A DNA stretch of 32,000 bases from Candidatus Electronema halotolerans (GTDB lineage: Bacteria > Desulfobacterota > Desulfobulbia > Desulfobulbales > Desulfobulbaceae), in the NCBI GenBank assembly GCA_942493095.1, contig OW818675.1:210001-242000 (forward strand), written 5' to 3'. The stretch's first letter is position 1. Every line of letters starts with the position of its first letter. Shown here one piece after another: positions 1 through 9,037 of this stretch. The notes under the pieces were generated by a model that was not told the origin of the DNA, made no database searches, and saw nothing but the letters and a program-made list of their open reading frames with translations. The translations under genes were made by a program, and so were the position numbers.

Positions 1-101
1 AGCACATATTCTGTCTGCGCATACCTGCCGCAGCCGCTCAGAGCCAGCATGATGCCAGCTGCCGCCGCCAGACTCCAAAAATGACCTTTATTGATCTTCA
101 T
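1..101 (-). CDS. Lipoprotein, N-terminal fragment (continues past the window edge)
   Basis: Hand translation of the minus strand from ATG at 101-99 gives MKINKGHFWSLAAAAGIMLALSGCGRYAQTEYV. It has a Lys-containing n-region, a hydrophobic core and an L-S-G-C lipobox. GGAGG (reverse complement of 111-115) lies 9 nt upstream. The fragment is too short to appear in the ORF track. Confidence 0.5.
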   Translation of the reverse strand, partial: MKINKGHFWSLAAAAGIMLALSGCGRYAQTEYV

Positions 102-161
102 CTTCTCGTTCCTCCATTGCGTTGTGTTGTGGAACTGTGCCATGCGGCACAGGCGTTGTGG

Positions 162-635
162 TCACAGATGTTTTTTGACCAAATCGTAAAGACAGCCGCT
201 GGTTTCCTCAACCACCCGCACGCAGTGCTGGCGGCGGCTGTTCGGGTCAGTGCGGAACTGCCGCACGGCTTCATTGTCCTGCCAGTCAACCTTGGCAATA
301 TCAGCGCAGTTGATGCTGCCATATTCCGCCGTAATTCTGGCGAATTCCTTGAGCATCTCCTCTCCGATCCGGTTCATCTGCCGATGATTCATTCCTTTGG
401 GTGTGGTCTTGCCCAAAGCGAAACCAATGGTTGCCAAGGCTCCGGTGAGCGCGCCGCAGACTTGGCTGCTGCCAACCATGCCGGAGGCGAACGGTGCCAT
501 TGCGGCGATGAGTTCCTGCGGCGGCGGCTCCTCCCGGAACAGTCCGGCGCAAGCGCACAGCACGGCCTGGCTGCAATGAAATCCGTCTGCAAACAGTGCT
601 GCGGCTTTGGCTGCTGTGTCCTTCCGTCCTTCCAT
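162..635 (-). CDS. C_GCAxxG_C_C family (putative redox-active) protein
   Basis: This is the minus ORF 162..857, trimmed to the internal ATG at 635 (MEGRKDTAAKAAALFADGFHCSQAVL...), which is preceded by AAGGAG. It shows the family pattern: an early Cys (GFHCSQAV), VCGALTGA (GCAxxG), then INCADI and HCVRVV. Confidence 0.8.
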   Translation of the reverse strand: MEGRKDTAAKAAALFADGFHCSQAVLCACAGLFREEPPPQELIAAMAPFASGMVGSSQVCGALTGALATIGFALGKTTPKGMNHRQMNRIGEEMLKEFARITAEYGSINCADIAKVDWQDNEAVRQFRTDPNSRRQHCVRVVEETSGCLYDLVKKHL

Positions 636-765
636 CTTATTTCTCCTTGCACCCAAGTTGAATTTATTATACCATGCGTTCCGTGTGAAATCCAAAAAAG
701 AAGTTGCAGGCAGCCTTGCGGCATGATACCGGGAGGAGAAAGTTCCTGCAAGCCTGATTCCTGCC

Positions 766-1010
766 ATGCCGAGCTTGGCGGATGCAGGCAAACTCTGGCT
801 CTTTGGTTCTGTCGCTGAAAGGCGGAGTTTTCCTTTTTTAAGAAGCTGGAACTGCATGGCGACTGCTGCCGCGCCCTGAAACGCAGCGATGTGGATTTAG
901 TTGCGCTCAATCAGACCCGCAATCAGGCTGTGCTGGATGATTTTTATCTCCGCACCCTTCATGCGGCAATTGATTTCAGGGAGCAGCGGCGCAGAATAAT
1001 GGGCGTATGA
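766..1010 (+). pseudogene. Decayed MntA-like minimal nucleotidyltransferase (antitoxin) remnant, split over two frames
   Basis: Frame 1 (766-879) reads ...AGKLWLFGSVAERR..., the LFGS NTase motif, then hits a stop at 877-879. Frame 3 (819-1010, no ATG) reads ...KRSDVDLVALNQTRNQAVLDDFY... and ends in an ATGA overlap with the downstream HEPN ORF. The GS-to-DxD spacing and the overall length do not fit an intact MNT domain. Confidence 0.35.
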
Positions 1011-1258
1011 ATGAGAGAACGCATTCGGCGGATTCCTGCATCAATCTTGCGGAAATGCTGATCAATCAACAAGAGCTGCGCCCGCCGCAATCCTATCATG
1101 AGGTGTTTGACATCCTCGGAGAGGCAGGCGTGCTGGATGCTGAATTTGCGTATTCCTTTGCCAAGATTGCCGGATTTCGCAACTTTCTTGCTCACGACTA
1201 CGAGACAGTTGATGCTGAGGTGATCTGTCAGCAGGTGCTGCGGCAGGCCGGGGTGTGA
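1007..1258 (+). CDS. hepT: HepT/DUF86-type HEPN toxin, short (probably N-terminally truncated)
   Basis: The 83-aa ORF contains the HEPN R-x4-H-x-Y motif (FRNFLAHDY). Typical family members are roughly 115-140 aa, so this copy looks shortened. Its start overlaps the upstream remnant by ATGA. Confidence 0.6.
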   Translation: MNERTHSADSCINLAEMLINQQELRPPQSYHEVFDILGEAGVLDAEFAYSFAKIAGFRNFLAHDYETVDAEVICQQVLRQAGV

Positions 1259-1399
1259 GAAAAAACGGGATGCGGCAAAAAAAAACTTGCGTTCTGGCAG
1301 ATTGCAATATACGATACTTCCCTTGCTCGTCAGCTCTTCATTTCGCAAACTTTTGCTGCATTCGCCTTGGCCGGAGCGGTGCGAGTGTCATATCACAAA

Positions 1400-1714
1400 A
1401 TGAGGGCCATGCGGCTGCTTGACTCCCAAATTGCCAGCATCAGAACCATAGTCCCTCAGTATGCCGGGAAGGGCTGCCGGGTTTATCTGTTTGGTTCCCG
1501 TCTTGATGATGCGGCGCGAGGCGGTGATGTTGATCTGTTGATCGAAACGCCTCAGCAGCTGCCTCTGATGCAGCGTGTCCGTATGAAAATGGCGATAGAA
1601 GCGGCACTTGGTCTGCCAGTTGATCTGGTTGTGCGGGAGGAAAACCAAACTCCGACGGCGTTTCAGCGGCTTGCGAAATTGCGTTCAACACTGCTCATGG
1701 ACGAAGGCGCATGA
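1400..1714 (+). CDS. mntA: MntA-like minimal nucleotidyltransferase (type VII TA antitoxin-like)
   Basis: It carries the VYLFGSRLDDAARGGDVDLLI (GS...DxD) polymerase-beta-type NTase motif and a second PVDLVV motif. The track start at 1367 is a TTG. I prefer ATG 1400, although ATG 1409 is also possible. Confidence 0.8.
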   Translation: MRAMRLLDSQIASIRTIVPQYAGKGCRVYLFGSRLDDAARGGDVDLLIETPQQLPLMQRVRMKMAIEAALGLPVDLVVREENQTPTAFQRLAKLRSTLLMDEGA

Positions 1715-2280
1715 TGAAGACCTTGACAGATGAATACCGCAGCCATCTGGCCGAAATGCTGGCCGCAGTTGAGCGGTGCGTGTATTTTCTTGACGGCTCC
1801 TGCGCACGGATAAGCTGGCCGCTGACAGGAGATGTGCTGGCAGGGCGCAAGAAGGAAGTGGAATTGTTCATGGCTCTTTCCGCTGTCAATGAACGATTTG
1901 CGAAATTGCAGGACACGCTGGGGGCGGCAATGCGTCATGCCGCCCTGCTGGCCGGTGAATCTTCGGACACCTTTATTCGGGTTCTGTCCCATTTCGAGAA
2001 GGTCGGAGTTCTTTCCTCCATCGCTGACTGGCAGGAAATGCGCGCCTTGAGAAATTCGGCAGCGCATGAATACGGGACAGATTACAATAAAACCGCAGAG
2101 CATTTCAACACCTTGCACGAGCTGTCCGTCCGTCTCTACCAAGTCGCCGATCTCTTTGCCGCCTACTGCCGCGAAAGGCTCGGCGTTGAGCTTGGAAGAA
2201 CTGAATTCACGGAGGATGTTGCCAGCATCTTCAAGCGGAATAGGCTGAACCAAGACGTGGCAATGACAACAGGGAGCTAA
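1711..2280 (+). CDS. HEPN-domain protein (HI0074-like NTase substrate-binding / toxin partner)
   Basis: The 189-aa ORF has the R-x4-H motif in MRALRNSAAHEY. Its ATGA overlaps the stop of the upstream NTase gene (1711-1714), the classical MNT-HEPN two-gene arrangement. Confidence 0.75.
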   Translation: MMKTLTDEYRSHLAEMLAAVERCVYFLDGSCARISWPLTGDVLAGRKKEVELFMALSAVNERFAKLQDTLGAAMRHAALLAGESSDTFIRVLSHFEKVGVLSSIADWQEMRALRNSAAHEYGTDYNKTAEHFNTLHELSVRLYQVADLFAAYCRERLGVELGRTEFTEDVASIFKRNRLNQDVAMTTGS

Positions 2281-2290
2281 CTGCGCAGAT

Positions 2291-3139
2291 ATGGAAAAGC
2301 TGATCCGGTTTGACTGGGCGATCAAGCAGCTCCTGCGCGACAAGGCCAATTTTTCCGTGCTGGAAGGCTTTCTCAGCGCGGTGCTGGATGAGGATGTGAC
2401 GGTTGTCAATCTTTTGGAGAGCGAGAGCAATCAGGAGGACAGCCTTGACAAATTCAACCGGGTTGGCCTGTTAGTTGAGAACAGCAGGCAGGAGCTGCTG
2501 CTGATTGAGGTGCAGGTGAAGTCGGAATACGACTTCTTCCACCGCATCGCCTACGGCGTGGCCAAGCTGATGAGCGAGTATTTGCAGCAAGGGCAGCCGT
2601 ACCGCGACATCAAAAAGATCATTTCGGTCAGCGTCACCTATTTTAGCCTTGGCTTTGGCAAAGATTACCTGTATTATGGCTCCACCAACTTTGTCGGCCT
2701 GCACGCGGGCGACACCCTCGCGCTGACCAAGAGGCAGCAGGAGCTGTTTGGCCTCAGCGAGGTGCGGAAGATTTTCCCGGAGCATTATCTCATCCGGGTC
2801 GCAGATTTCCCTGACAAGGTGGAATCGGCTTTGGATGAATGGATTTACATGCTCAAGCACAGCGAGGTGAGGCCTGAGTTCCGAGCGCGGCGCATCCAAG
2901 AGGCTTCTGAAAAGCTGCGGGTTATGAATCTGCAAGAGCCGCAGCGCAAGGCCTATGATGCGTACATGCAGAACATGTCGTATCAGCAGTCCATGCTCTG
3001 GTCCTCCCGCGAGGAGGGACGGCGCGAAGAAAAAATTGCTATTGCCCGCAACCTGCTGGAGCATGGTGCCACGCCGGAGCTTGTTGCCGCCAGCACAGGC
3101 TTGTCGTTCGAGGAGATTGACAGCTTGCGGCAGTGCTGA
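2291..3139 (+). CDS. Rpn-family recombination-promoting nuclease / PD-(D/E)xK putative transposase
   Basis: The 282-aa ORF has an N-terminus MEKLIRFDWAIKQLLRDKANFSVLEGFLSAVL and an ELLLIEVQVK core, followed by FHRIAYG. The C-terminal segment REEGRREEKIAIARNLLEHG...GLSFEEIDSL is typical of this family. Confidence 0.75.
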   Translation: MEKLIRFDWAIKQLLRDKANFSVLEGFLSAVLDEDVTVVNLLESESNQEDSLDKFNRVGLLVENSRQELLLIEVQVKSEYDFFHRIAYGVAKLMSEYLQQGQPYRDIKKIISVSVTYFSLGFGKDYLYYGSTNFVGLHAGDTLALTKRQQELFGLSEVRKIFPEHYLIRVADFPDKVESALDEWIYMLKHSEVRPEFRARRIQEASEKLRVMNLQEPQRKAYDAYMQNMSYQQSMLWSSREEGRREEKIAIARNLLEHGATPELVAASTGLSFEEIDSLRQC

Positions 3140-3196
3140 AGGAAATTGCAGGAGCTATGAAGCTCTGCCTGAGCGGAGTCGAAGGCGGCAGATAGG

Positions 3197-4321
3197 ATGA
3201 AAACAATCCTTGTTGTCTTTGGCACCCGTCCTGAAGCCATTAAAATGGCTCCTTTGGTTCATGCTCTGCAAGGTGAGCCGCATTTTGCCGTCCGGGTTTG
3301 TGTGACTGCCCAGCACCGGCAGATGTTGGATCAGGTGCTGGATTTGTTTGCGATCAAGCCGAATTATGATTTGAATATCATGCAGCCGGGACAAGGATTG
3401 CATGATATTACCGTCAGTATTTTGCAAGGCATCAAGTCGGTGTTGGAAGATTGCAAGCCGGATGTGATGCTGGTGCATGGCGACACAACCACGGCTTTGG
3501 CCGCATCTTTGGCAGCGTTTTATCAAAAGATTCCTGTTGGCCATGTCGAAGCTGGGCTGCGCACCGGCAATTTGCTTTCGCCGTGGCCAGAGGAGGCGAA
3601 CCGCAAGCTGGCAGGGGTGCTGGCTGCGCATCATTTTGCCCCGACAGAAAAAGCGCGGCAGAATTTGCTGCGGGAGTCGGTGAAGCCGGAGCAGATCACC
3701 GTCACCGGCAATACCGTCATTGATGCGCTGCTGTGGGTGAAGGAGAAGATTGAACAGGATGCAGTTCTGCGCACTGAGTTGGACAGCAGATATTCTTTTC
3801 TTGATCCGGCAAAACGTCTGCTGTTGGTGACAGGGCATCGCCGGGAGAGTTTCGGCAGTGGCTTTGAGCGCATCTGTCAGGCGTTGCGGCAGATTGCTGT
3901 TGAACATGATAATGTGCAAATTGTTTATCCGGTGCATCTCAATCCCAAGGTGCGGGAACCGGTGGAGCGGCTGTTGCAAGGCGTGGAGAATATTTATCTG
4001 CTTGAGCCGCAAGAGTATCTGCCTTTTGTGTATTTGATGATGCGCTCTTGTTTGATTCTGACCGATTCAGGCGGCATTCAGGAAGAGGCTCCGTCTTTAG
4101 GCAAGCCTGTGTTGGTGATGCGGGAGGTGACGGAACGGCCAGAGGCGGTGGAAGCGGGAACGGTGAAGTTGGTTGGCACGGATGTTGAGGTGATTGTGCG
4201 GGCAGTGGGTGCGCTTTTAGCGGATGAGGTGGAGTATAGAGTTATGAGTTTGGCGCATAATCCGTATGGGGATGGCAAGGCTTGCGGGCGTATTGTTGAC
4301 GAGTTGAAGGCAGGTTTATAA
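3197..4321 (+). CDS. wecB: UDP-N-acetylglucosamine 2-epimerase (non-hydrolysing)
   Basis: The 374-aa ORF carries [29 protein letters not shown] and [20 protein letters not shown], which are hallmark WecB/MnaA motifs. Confidence 0.95.
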   Translation: MKTILVVFGTRPEAIKMAPLVHALQGEPHFAVRVCVTAQHRQMLDQVLDLFAIKPNYDLNIMQPGQGLHDITVSILQGIKSVLEDCKPDVMLVHGDTTTALAASLAAFYQKIPVGHVEAGLRTGNLLSPWPEEANRKLAGVLAAHHFAPTEKARQNLLRESVKPEQITVTGNTVIDALLWVKEKIEQDAVLRTELDSRYSFLDPAKRLLLVTGHRRESFGSGFERICQALRQIAVEHDNVQIVYPVHLNPKVREPVERLLQGVENIYLLEPQEYLPFVYLMMRSCLILTDSGGIQEEAPSLGKPVLVMREVTERPEAVEAGTVKLVGTDVEVIVRAVGALLADEVEYRVMSLAHNPYGDGKACGRIVDELKAGL

Positions 4322-4351
4322 CGATGGTTGGTAAAAAAATCTAAATATCAG

Positions 4352-5476
4352 ATGACCAGCAAGCCTATTTATGTTACCCAGCCATATCTTCCGCCGATAG
4401 AAGAGTTCATCCCTTATCTCAAGAAGATATGGGACAACAAGATTCTTACCAATAACGGCCCGTTTCATCAGCAGTTCGAGCAGGAGTTATGTGAATATTT
4501 GGGTATTAAGCATCTTTCTCTGTTTGCTAATGGCACTATTGCATTGGTGACGGCTCTACAGACCCTCCGAATTACAGGCGAGGTCATAACCACCCCTTAT
4601 TCATTTGTCGCCACAGCTCATTCATTGCTCTGGAATAATATAAAACCAGTGTTTGTGGATATTGATCCAAAAACCTGCAATCTTGATCCTGATCACATTG
4701 AGGAAGCTATCACGCCGCAGACAACCGCTATCCTGCCGGTTCACTGCTACGGTATTCCTTGCGCTGTCGAGCGCATTCAGCAGATTGCTGATATTTATGG
4801 TTTAAAAGTAATTTATGATGCCGCCCATGCTTTTGGTGTGCGGTATAAGGGTGAAAGTTTGCTCCGGCATGGTGACTTAGCTGTACTCAGTTTTCATGCA
4901 ACAAAAGTGTTCAATACTTTTGAGGGCGGGGCGATTGTCTGCCAAGATGCCAAGACCAAACAGCGCATAGACTATCTGAAAAATTTTGGTTTTGCTGATG
5001 AAGTGACTGTGACTGCGCCCGGAATCAACGGCAAGATGAGCGAAGTTAATGCAGCTTTAGGGCTGCTCCAGCTCAAATATATTGACATGGCAATTGCGCG
5101 GCGCAAGGAAATAGAGACTTATTATCGTGAAGCGTTAGCTGATGTTAAAGGCATCTCAATGCTTCCTGTTACTGAGGATACTCAAGGAAATGCCTCATAC
5201 TTTCCTATTTTTGTGAATGAAGAGTATCCAATCAGCCGTGATGCGTTATATCAGAAGATGAAAGATGCGGGAATGCACGGACGCAGATATTTTTATCCAC
5301 TGATAAGCGATATGACAATGTATAGGGGGCTGCCGAGTGCAAGACCGGAAAGATTGCTGGTGGCCAAAAACATAACCGAAAGGGTAATTTGTTTGCCTGT
5401 TTATCCAATGCTGGCGGACTTTGAAGTCAGACGTGTTGCTTGCTCCATTATACCATCAAAAAGTGGTGATAAATGA
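4352..5476 (+). CDS. DegT/DnrJ/EryC1/StrS-family NDP-sugar aminotransferase (PLP-dependent)
   Basis: The sequence reads YVTQPYLPPIEEF...NGTIALVTALQ...DAAHAFG...SFHATK, the last containing the PLP lysine. I prefer ATG 4352 over the track's TTG 4328. Regiospecificity (C3 or C4) and nucleotide carrier cannot be read from the sequence by eye. Confidence 0.9.
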   Translation: MTSKPIYVTQPYLPPIEEFIPYLKKIWDNKILTNNGPFHQQFEQELCEYLGIKHLSLFANGTIALVTALQTLRITGEVITTPYSFVATAHSLLWNNIKPVFVDIDPKTCNLDPDHIEEAITPQTTAILPVHCYGIPCAVERIQQIADIYGLKVIYDAAHAFGVRYKGESLLRHGDLAVLSFHATKVFNTFEGGAIVCQDAKTKQRIDYLKNFGFADEVTVTAPGINGKMSEVNAALGLLQLKYIDMAIARRKEIETYYREALADVKGISMLPVTEDTQGNASYFPIFVNEEYPISRDALYQKMKDAGMHGRRYFYPLISDMTMYRGLPSARPERLLVAKNITERVICLPVYPMLADFEVRRVACSIIPSKSGDK

Positions 5477-6639
5477 AAAATGTTCTTTTAGTGGATACAA
5501 ATTTTTCTGCCGCTCCTCTTTATAATTATATAAATGAAAAAGGATTTAATGTTTTTGTCTGCGGTGGGAATCCTTTTGATTATTTAGCTAAAGCAGTTAA
5601 TAACTATATCAAACTGGATTATTCTGATATAGATAATTTATTTAAAATTAGTAAAGAATTACAGATTGATTATATTGTTCCAGGGTGCAATGATTTATCA
5701 TATCAGGTATGCGCTCGACTTAACAAGAAAAAATATTTTTTTGGTATAGATGCGCCTGAAACAGCGCAGTTGATTAATAACAAGAAAAAATTTAGAAAAA
5801 TCGCAACTAATCTTGGACTTCCTGTACCTAAAATTTTTTCTCATGATAATTTGAGTGCGTTTTGGCCAGTTATTGTCAAACCGGTTGACGCATACAGCGG
5901 TCGAGGAGTCACCGTAGTCCGTGAGAGTGAACAAGAGAAGCTGCCAAGTGCGATTCAGAAGGCAGAAAAATTTTCACGAACTGGTACCTGCGTCATTGAA
6001 GAATATGTCGAAGGCCAATTGTATAGTCATTCCGCCTTCATCGCGGATAGAAAAATATTAGCTGATTTTATCGTAGAGGAGCATAGCACGGCAAATTCTT
6101 TTGTTGTGGACACCAGTCGAGTAATTTACGATTTTCCAAAGGAAATACTGCTACGCATCCGAAAGATAATTCAGCTATTGGCGAGCAAGCTTAATTTGGT
6201 TGATGGATTGATTCACACGCAGTTTATCAAAAATGAAGACGTATTCTGGCTGATTGAAATAACTAGGCGATGCCCAGGAGATTTATACAGCAAGCTGATT
6301 GAAAGTTCTACTGCGTTTCCTTACGTTGAGTCGTATGTCAGACCATTTTTAAATCAGCCGGTCATGTTTGAAAACAGCATCAAGCAAACACAATATTATG
6401 TGCTTAGACATACAATTTCACAGCCATCAGGAAATTTATTCAGTTCAATCCGATTTAATCGGTCTGTTGAAATTGAGAATTTAATTTTTTTGGCTTTATC
6501 TGGTGATAATGTTAAAGAAAGTCCTTTTGGACGTATCGCTCTTCTGTTTGCTAAAGCGAACTCTGAAGAAGAACTGTGCGGATTGATGGATTCCGCTCTA
6601 AAAAGAGAACTGTACAAAATTAATTCAAATATTTTTTAA
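5473..6639 (+). CDS. ATP-grasp family ligase (carboxylate-amine ligase-like)
   Basis: ATP-grasp signatures are present: NKKKFRKIATNLGLPVPK, PVIVKPVDAYSGRGV, IEEYVEG and WLIEITRRCPGD. The start overlaps the aminotransferase stop (ATGA at 5473-5476). Confidence 0.8.
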   Translation: MKNVLLVDTNFSAAPLYNYINEKGFNVFVCGGNPFDYLAKAVNNYIKLDYSDIDNLFKISKELQIDYIVPGCNDLSYQVCARLNKKKYFFGIDAPETAQLINNKKKFRKIATNLGLPVPKIFSHDNLSAFWPVIVKPVDAYSGRGVTVVRESEQEKLPSAIQKAEKFSRTGTCVIEEYVEGQLYSHSAFIADRKILADFIVEEHSTANSFVVDTSRVIYDFPKEILLRIRKIIQLLASKLNLVDGLIHTQFIKNEDVFWLIEITRRCPGDLYSKLIESSTAFPYVESYVRPFLNQPVMFENSIKQTQYYVLRHTISQPSGNLFSSIRFNRSVEIENLIFLALSGDNVKESPFGRIALLFAKANSEEELCGLMDSALKRELYKINSNIF

Positions 6640-6653
6640 GCTAAACAGATTCA

Positions 6654-7784
6654 ATGGGTTTTACTCCTCTTGCTCCTCTTCGTGCAGGCATTATCGGTGG
6701 CTCACTCAATTCGGCAGTTGGCTACACGCATTTTAACGCCAGCCGATTGGATGGCCATTTTCTAGTGGAAGCAGGCTGTTTCAGCAGAGATGCTCAACAA
6801 AATGAAAATTCTGCACGAATTTATGGTGTTTCACCTGAGAGGATTTACAGTCGTTGGCAGCAGCTTCTTGAACAAGAGGGGGAGAGACTGGATGCTGTTG
6901 TTGTTTTGACACCAACACCTGCCCATGCTGAAATTGTTACTGCTGCTCTTGAATTCGGTTATCCTGTTATATGTGAAAAAGCTCTGGGGGTTTGCAGTGA
7001 AGAATGTCGTCGTATTGATCAAATAATAAAAGAAAAGGATGGTTTTTTAGCAGTGACGTATAATTATTCAGGCTATCCTATGGTGCGGGAATTACGCAGG
7101 ATGATTTCAGAAGGCCGTTTAGGTGAACTTCAGCAAATTCATATTGAGATGCCTCAAGAAGGTTTTTTGCGGCGGGCGGCACAACCTCAGGCGTGGCGTT
7201 GCAAAGATTATGCAGTTCCCACTGTATCACTTGATTTGGGTGTTCATGTTCATCACTTGATTGATTTTTTAACTGGCGGGAAAAAACCGCAACAGATTGT
7301 CGGAGATCAGTCAAGTTATGGGCCATTTCATGGTGTCGTTGATAATGTTTACTGTCTTGCGCGTTATCAAGACAATTTGCGCGTGCAGGCTTGGTGGGGA
7401 AAAACCGCATTGGGACAGAGGAATGGTTTGCGTGTACGGGTTTTTGGCAGCAAGGCTGCGGCTGAGTGGTATCAAATGGAGCCGGAAGATTTGCGTTGGT
7501 CAGATGATGATGGGCACCATTTCATGATAGACCGAGGTTCCGGGGAAGCCGAGACAGCAAGGCAGCTTCGTTATAATCGGTTTAAAGCAGGGCATCCATC
7601 TGGTTTTATAGAGGCATTTGCTAATTTATATGCAGATATTGCGGAAGCCCTTCGGACGTATAAAAAAACTGGTGCAATAACGAATGATTTTGTTTACAGT
7701 GCAGCCCACGCTCAGGACGGGCTGTATTTTCTGGAAACTGTCAGCAGGTCTGCTGAACAAAAATGCTGGCTCGCTCTCCCTTGA
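6654..7784 (+). CDS. Gfo/Idh/MocA-family NAD(P)-dependent sugar oxidoreductase
   Basis: It has an N-terminal Rossmann segment (RAGIIGGSLNS) and the family motif DAVVVLTPTPAHAEIVTAALEFGYPVICEKAL. Confidence 0.85.
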   Translation: MGFTPLAPLRAGIIGGSLNSAVGYTHFNASRLDGHFLVEAGCFSRDAQQNENSARIYGVSPERIYSRWQQLLEQEGERLDAVVVLTPTPAHAEIVTAALEFGYPVICEKALGVCSEECRRIDQIIKEKDGFLAVTYNYSGYPMVRELRRMISEGRLGELQQIHIEMPQEGFLRRAAQPQAWRCKDYAVPTVSLDLGVHVHHLIDFLTGGKKPQQIVGDQSSYGPFHGVVDNVYCLARYQDNLRVQAWWGKTALGQRNGLRVRVFGSKAAAEWYQMEPEDLRWSDDDGHHFMIDRGSGEAETARQLRYNRFKAGHPSGFIEAFANLYADIAEALRTYKKTGAITNDFVYSAAHAQDGLYFLETVSRSAEQKCWLALP

Positions 7785-7811
7785 TCCCCTGATTTGCAAA
7801 AGAGAATTATC

Positions 7812-8888
7812 ATGACTGACACCTCGCGTTCTCCCACCTCGCTGAAGGCTTCTGATTTTTATAAAAAGTTCCTCTCTGAAAGCAGAAGGAAACGATATCT
7901 TTTAGGTATTAATGAGTATTCATCGTGTATCGCAAGAGAAATAAACATTGATGGCTTCATTGATGACTATACTGAAAGCACAGCATGGATGGACAGGCCA
8001 ATTGTGCGGATTTCCGCAGTTGAATCGGACAGCTTGATAGTTTCATGTGTCACCGCTAACCGGTCGGTTACTGCTTTGAGGAGACTTCATCAGGCAGGTA
8101 ATACAACTTGCTGCGATTATTTCTCTTTTGCCGATGCAAGTGAAGGAAAGTTTTCCCAAGTCGCGGCAGTTACTGAAACTCGCAAAGATTACAAGGAGCA
8201 TGCTGTTGAATATCAATGGATACGAAAACAGCTATATGATGAAGAGTCCCAATATGTATTTGACCGAATAATGCAGTTTCGATTAGAAGCCGATCTTCAA
8301 CCCATGAAACAATTTGAATACGCTGCGGAACGACAGTATTTTGAACCCTTTCTTCAGCTTGTGCCTGGTGAGGTTTTTGTTGACGGTGGAGGGTTTGACG
8401 GACTGACTACCTTGGAATTTGCCGCACGTTGCCCTAATTACAGTGCTGTTCATTTTTTTGAACCCTCGGTAGAGACACTTGCTACTGCAAAGAATAAACT
8501 GTCATGTTTAGAGCGTGTTTACTATTATCCGCTCGGATTGTATGATGCAGCAGATACTCTGCACTTTGATTCCAGTTCCGGTTCAGCCAGCAGTATCTGT
8601 GAAGACGGTGAGGAAACGATACAGGTTGCACGGTTAGATGATGTGATACAGGATGCTGTCAGTTTCATCAAGTTAGATTTGGAAGGTGCTGAAATTGCTG
8701 CCCTTAAAGGAATGGAACAGCACATATTGACTGACCATCCGAAGCTTGCCGTTGCGGTCTATCATCGTGCGTCTGATTTTTGGCGTATACCTCAGTATAT
8801 TCTTGGCCTGAGAGACGATTACAAGGTATATCTTCGGCACTACACAGAGGGATGGACCGAAACAGTGATGTTTTTTATTCCGAGGTAA
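7812..8888 (+). CDS. FkbM-family SAM-dependent methyltransferase with an N-terminal extension of about 170 aa
   Basis: VFVDGGGFDGLTTLEFA is SAM motif I, and FIKLDLEGAEIAALKG is typical of FkbM. I prefer ATG 7812 over the track's TTG 7794. Confidence 0.8.
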   Translation: MTDTSRSPTSLKASDFYKKFLSESRRKRYLLGINEYSSCIAREINIDGFIDDYTESTAWMDRPIVRISAVESDSLIVSCVTANRSVTALRRLHQAGNTTCCDYFSFADASEGKFSQVAAVTETRKDYKEHAVEYQWIRKQLYDEESQYVFDRIMQFRLEADLQPMKQFEYAAERQYFEPFLQLVPGEVFVDGGGFDGLTTLEFAARCPNYSAVHFFEPSVETLATAKNKLSCLERVYYYPLGLYDAADTLHFDSSSGSASSICEDGEETIQVARLDDVIQDAVSFIKLDLEGAEIAALKGMEQHILTDHPKLAVAVYHRASDFWRIPQYILGLRDDYKVYLRHYTEGWTETVMFFIPR

Positions 8889-9037
8889 CTTTTGTTCAAC
8901 TGGCAGTTTATGCGGCCAAAGGTCAACTTGCTGTAATAATTGAACTCATATTTTCAACTGCGTAAGTTCTAAATATTTTATTTGATTGATCACTCATAGC
9001 TCACCATTACCTAAAAAAACTACCGAACCATTGATCC

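Noticed and set aside
81-857. Long overlapping ORFs 81..818 (+), 389..910 (-) and the 231-aa extended form of 162..857 (-)
   Set aside because: Only the minus-strand frame from ATG 635 gives a recognisable family (C_GCAxxG_C_C) with a good Shine-Dalgarno sequence. The other ORFs are Cys/Arg/Pro-rich shadow frames of a GC-rich gene. The 74-aa N-terminal extension has no family features.
959-2430. Antisense ORFs 959..1348 (-) and 1663..2430 (-), 129 and 255 aa
   Set aside because: They lie opposite the MNT/HEPN genes, which carry clear catalytic motifs. Their products are low-complexity, without recognisable motifs and without convincing ribosome-binding sites.
3184-3191. GGCGGCAG, a 7-of-8 match to the RfaH ops element GGCGGTAG, just upstream of wecB at the start of the glycan locus
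   Set aside because: It has one mismatch and lies only about 5 nt before the start codon, inside the ribosome-binding region, whereas ops normally sits well upstream in a long leader. An 8-mer with a mismatch is expected by chance in GC-rich DNA, and RfaH/ops is not known to apply to this unidentified lineage.
3155-4012. 285-aa ORF antisense to wecB
   Set aside because: wecB on the + strand is unambiguous. Long antisense ORFs are common in GC-rich coding DNA, and the translation is Arg/Leu/Gln-rich with no motifs.
8889-9037. Recurring TCAACT-like words (GTTCAACTG, GTCAACTTG, TTGAACTC, TTCAACTG) in the 149-bp gap before the GT56 gene as possible regulator sites
   Set aside because: The copies are imperfect and irregularly spaced in AT-rich DNA. 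I could not define a consistent repeat unit or palindrome.
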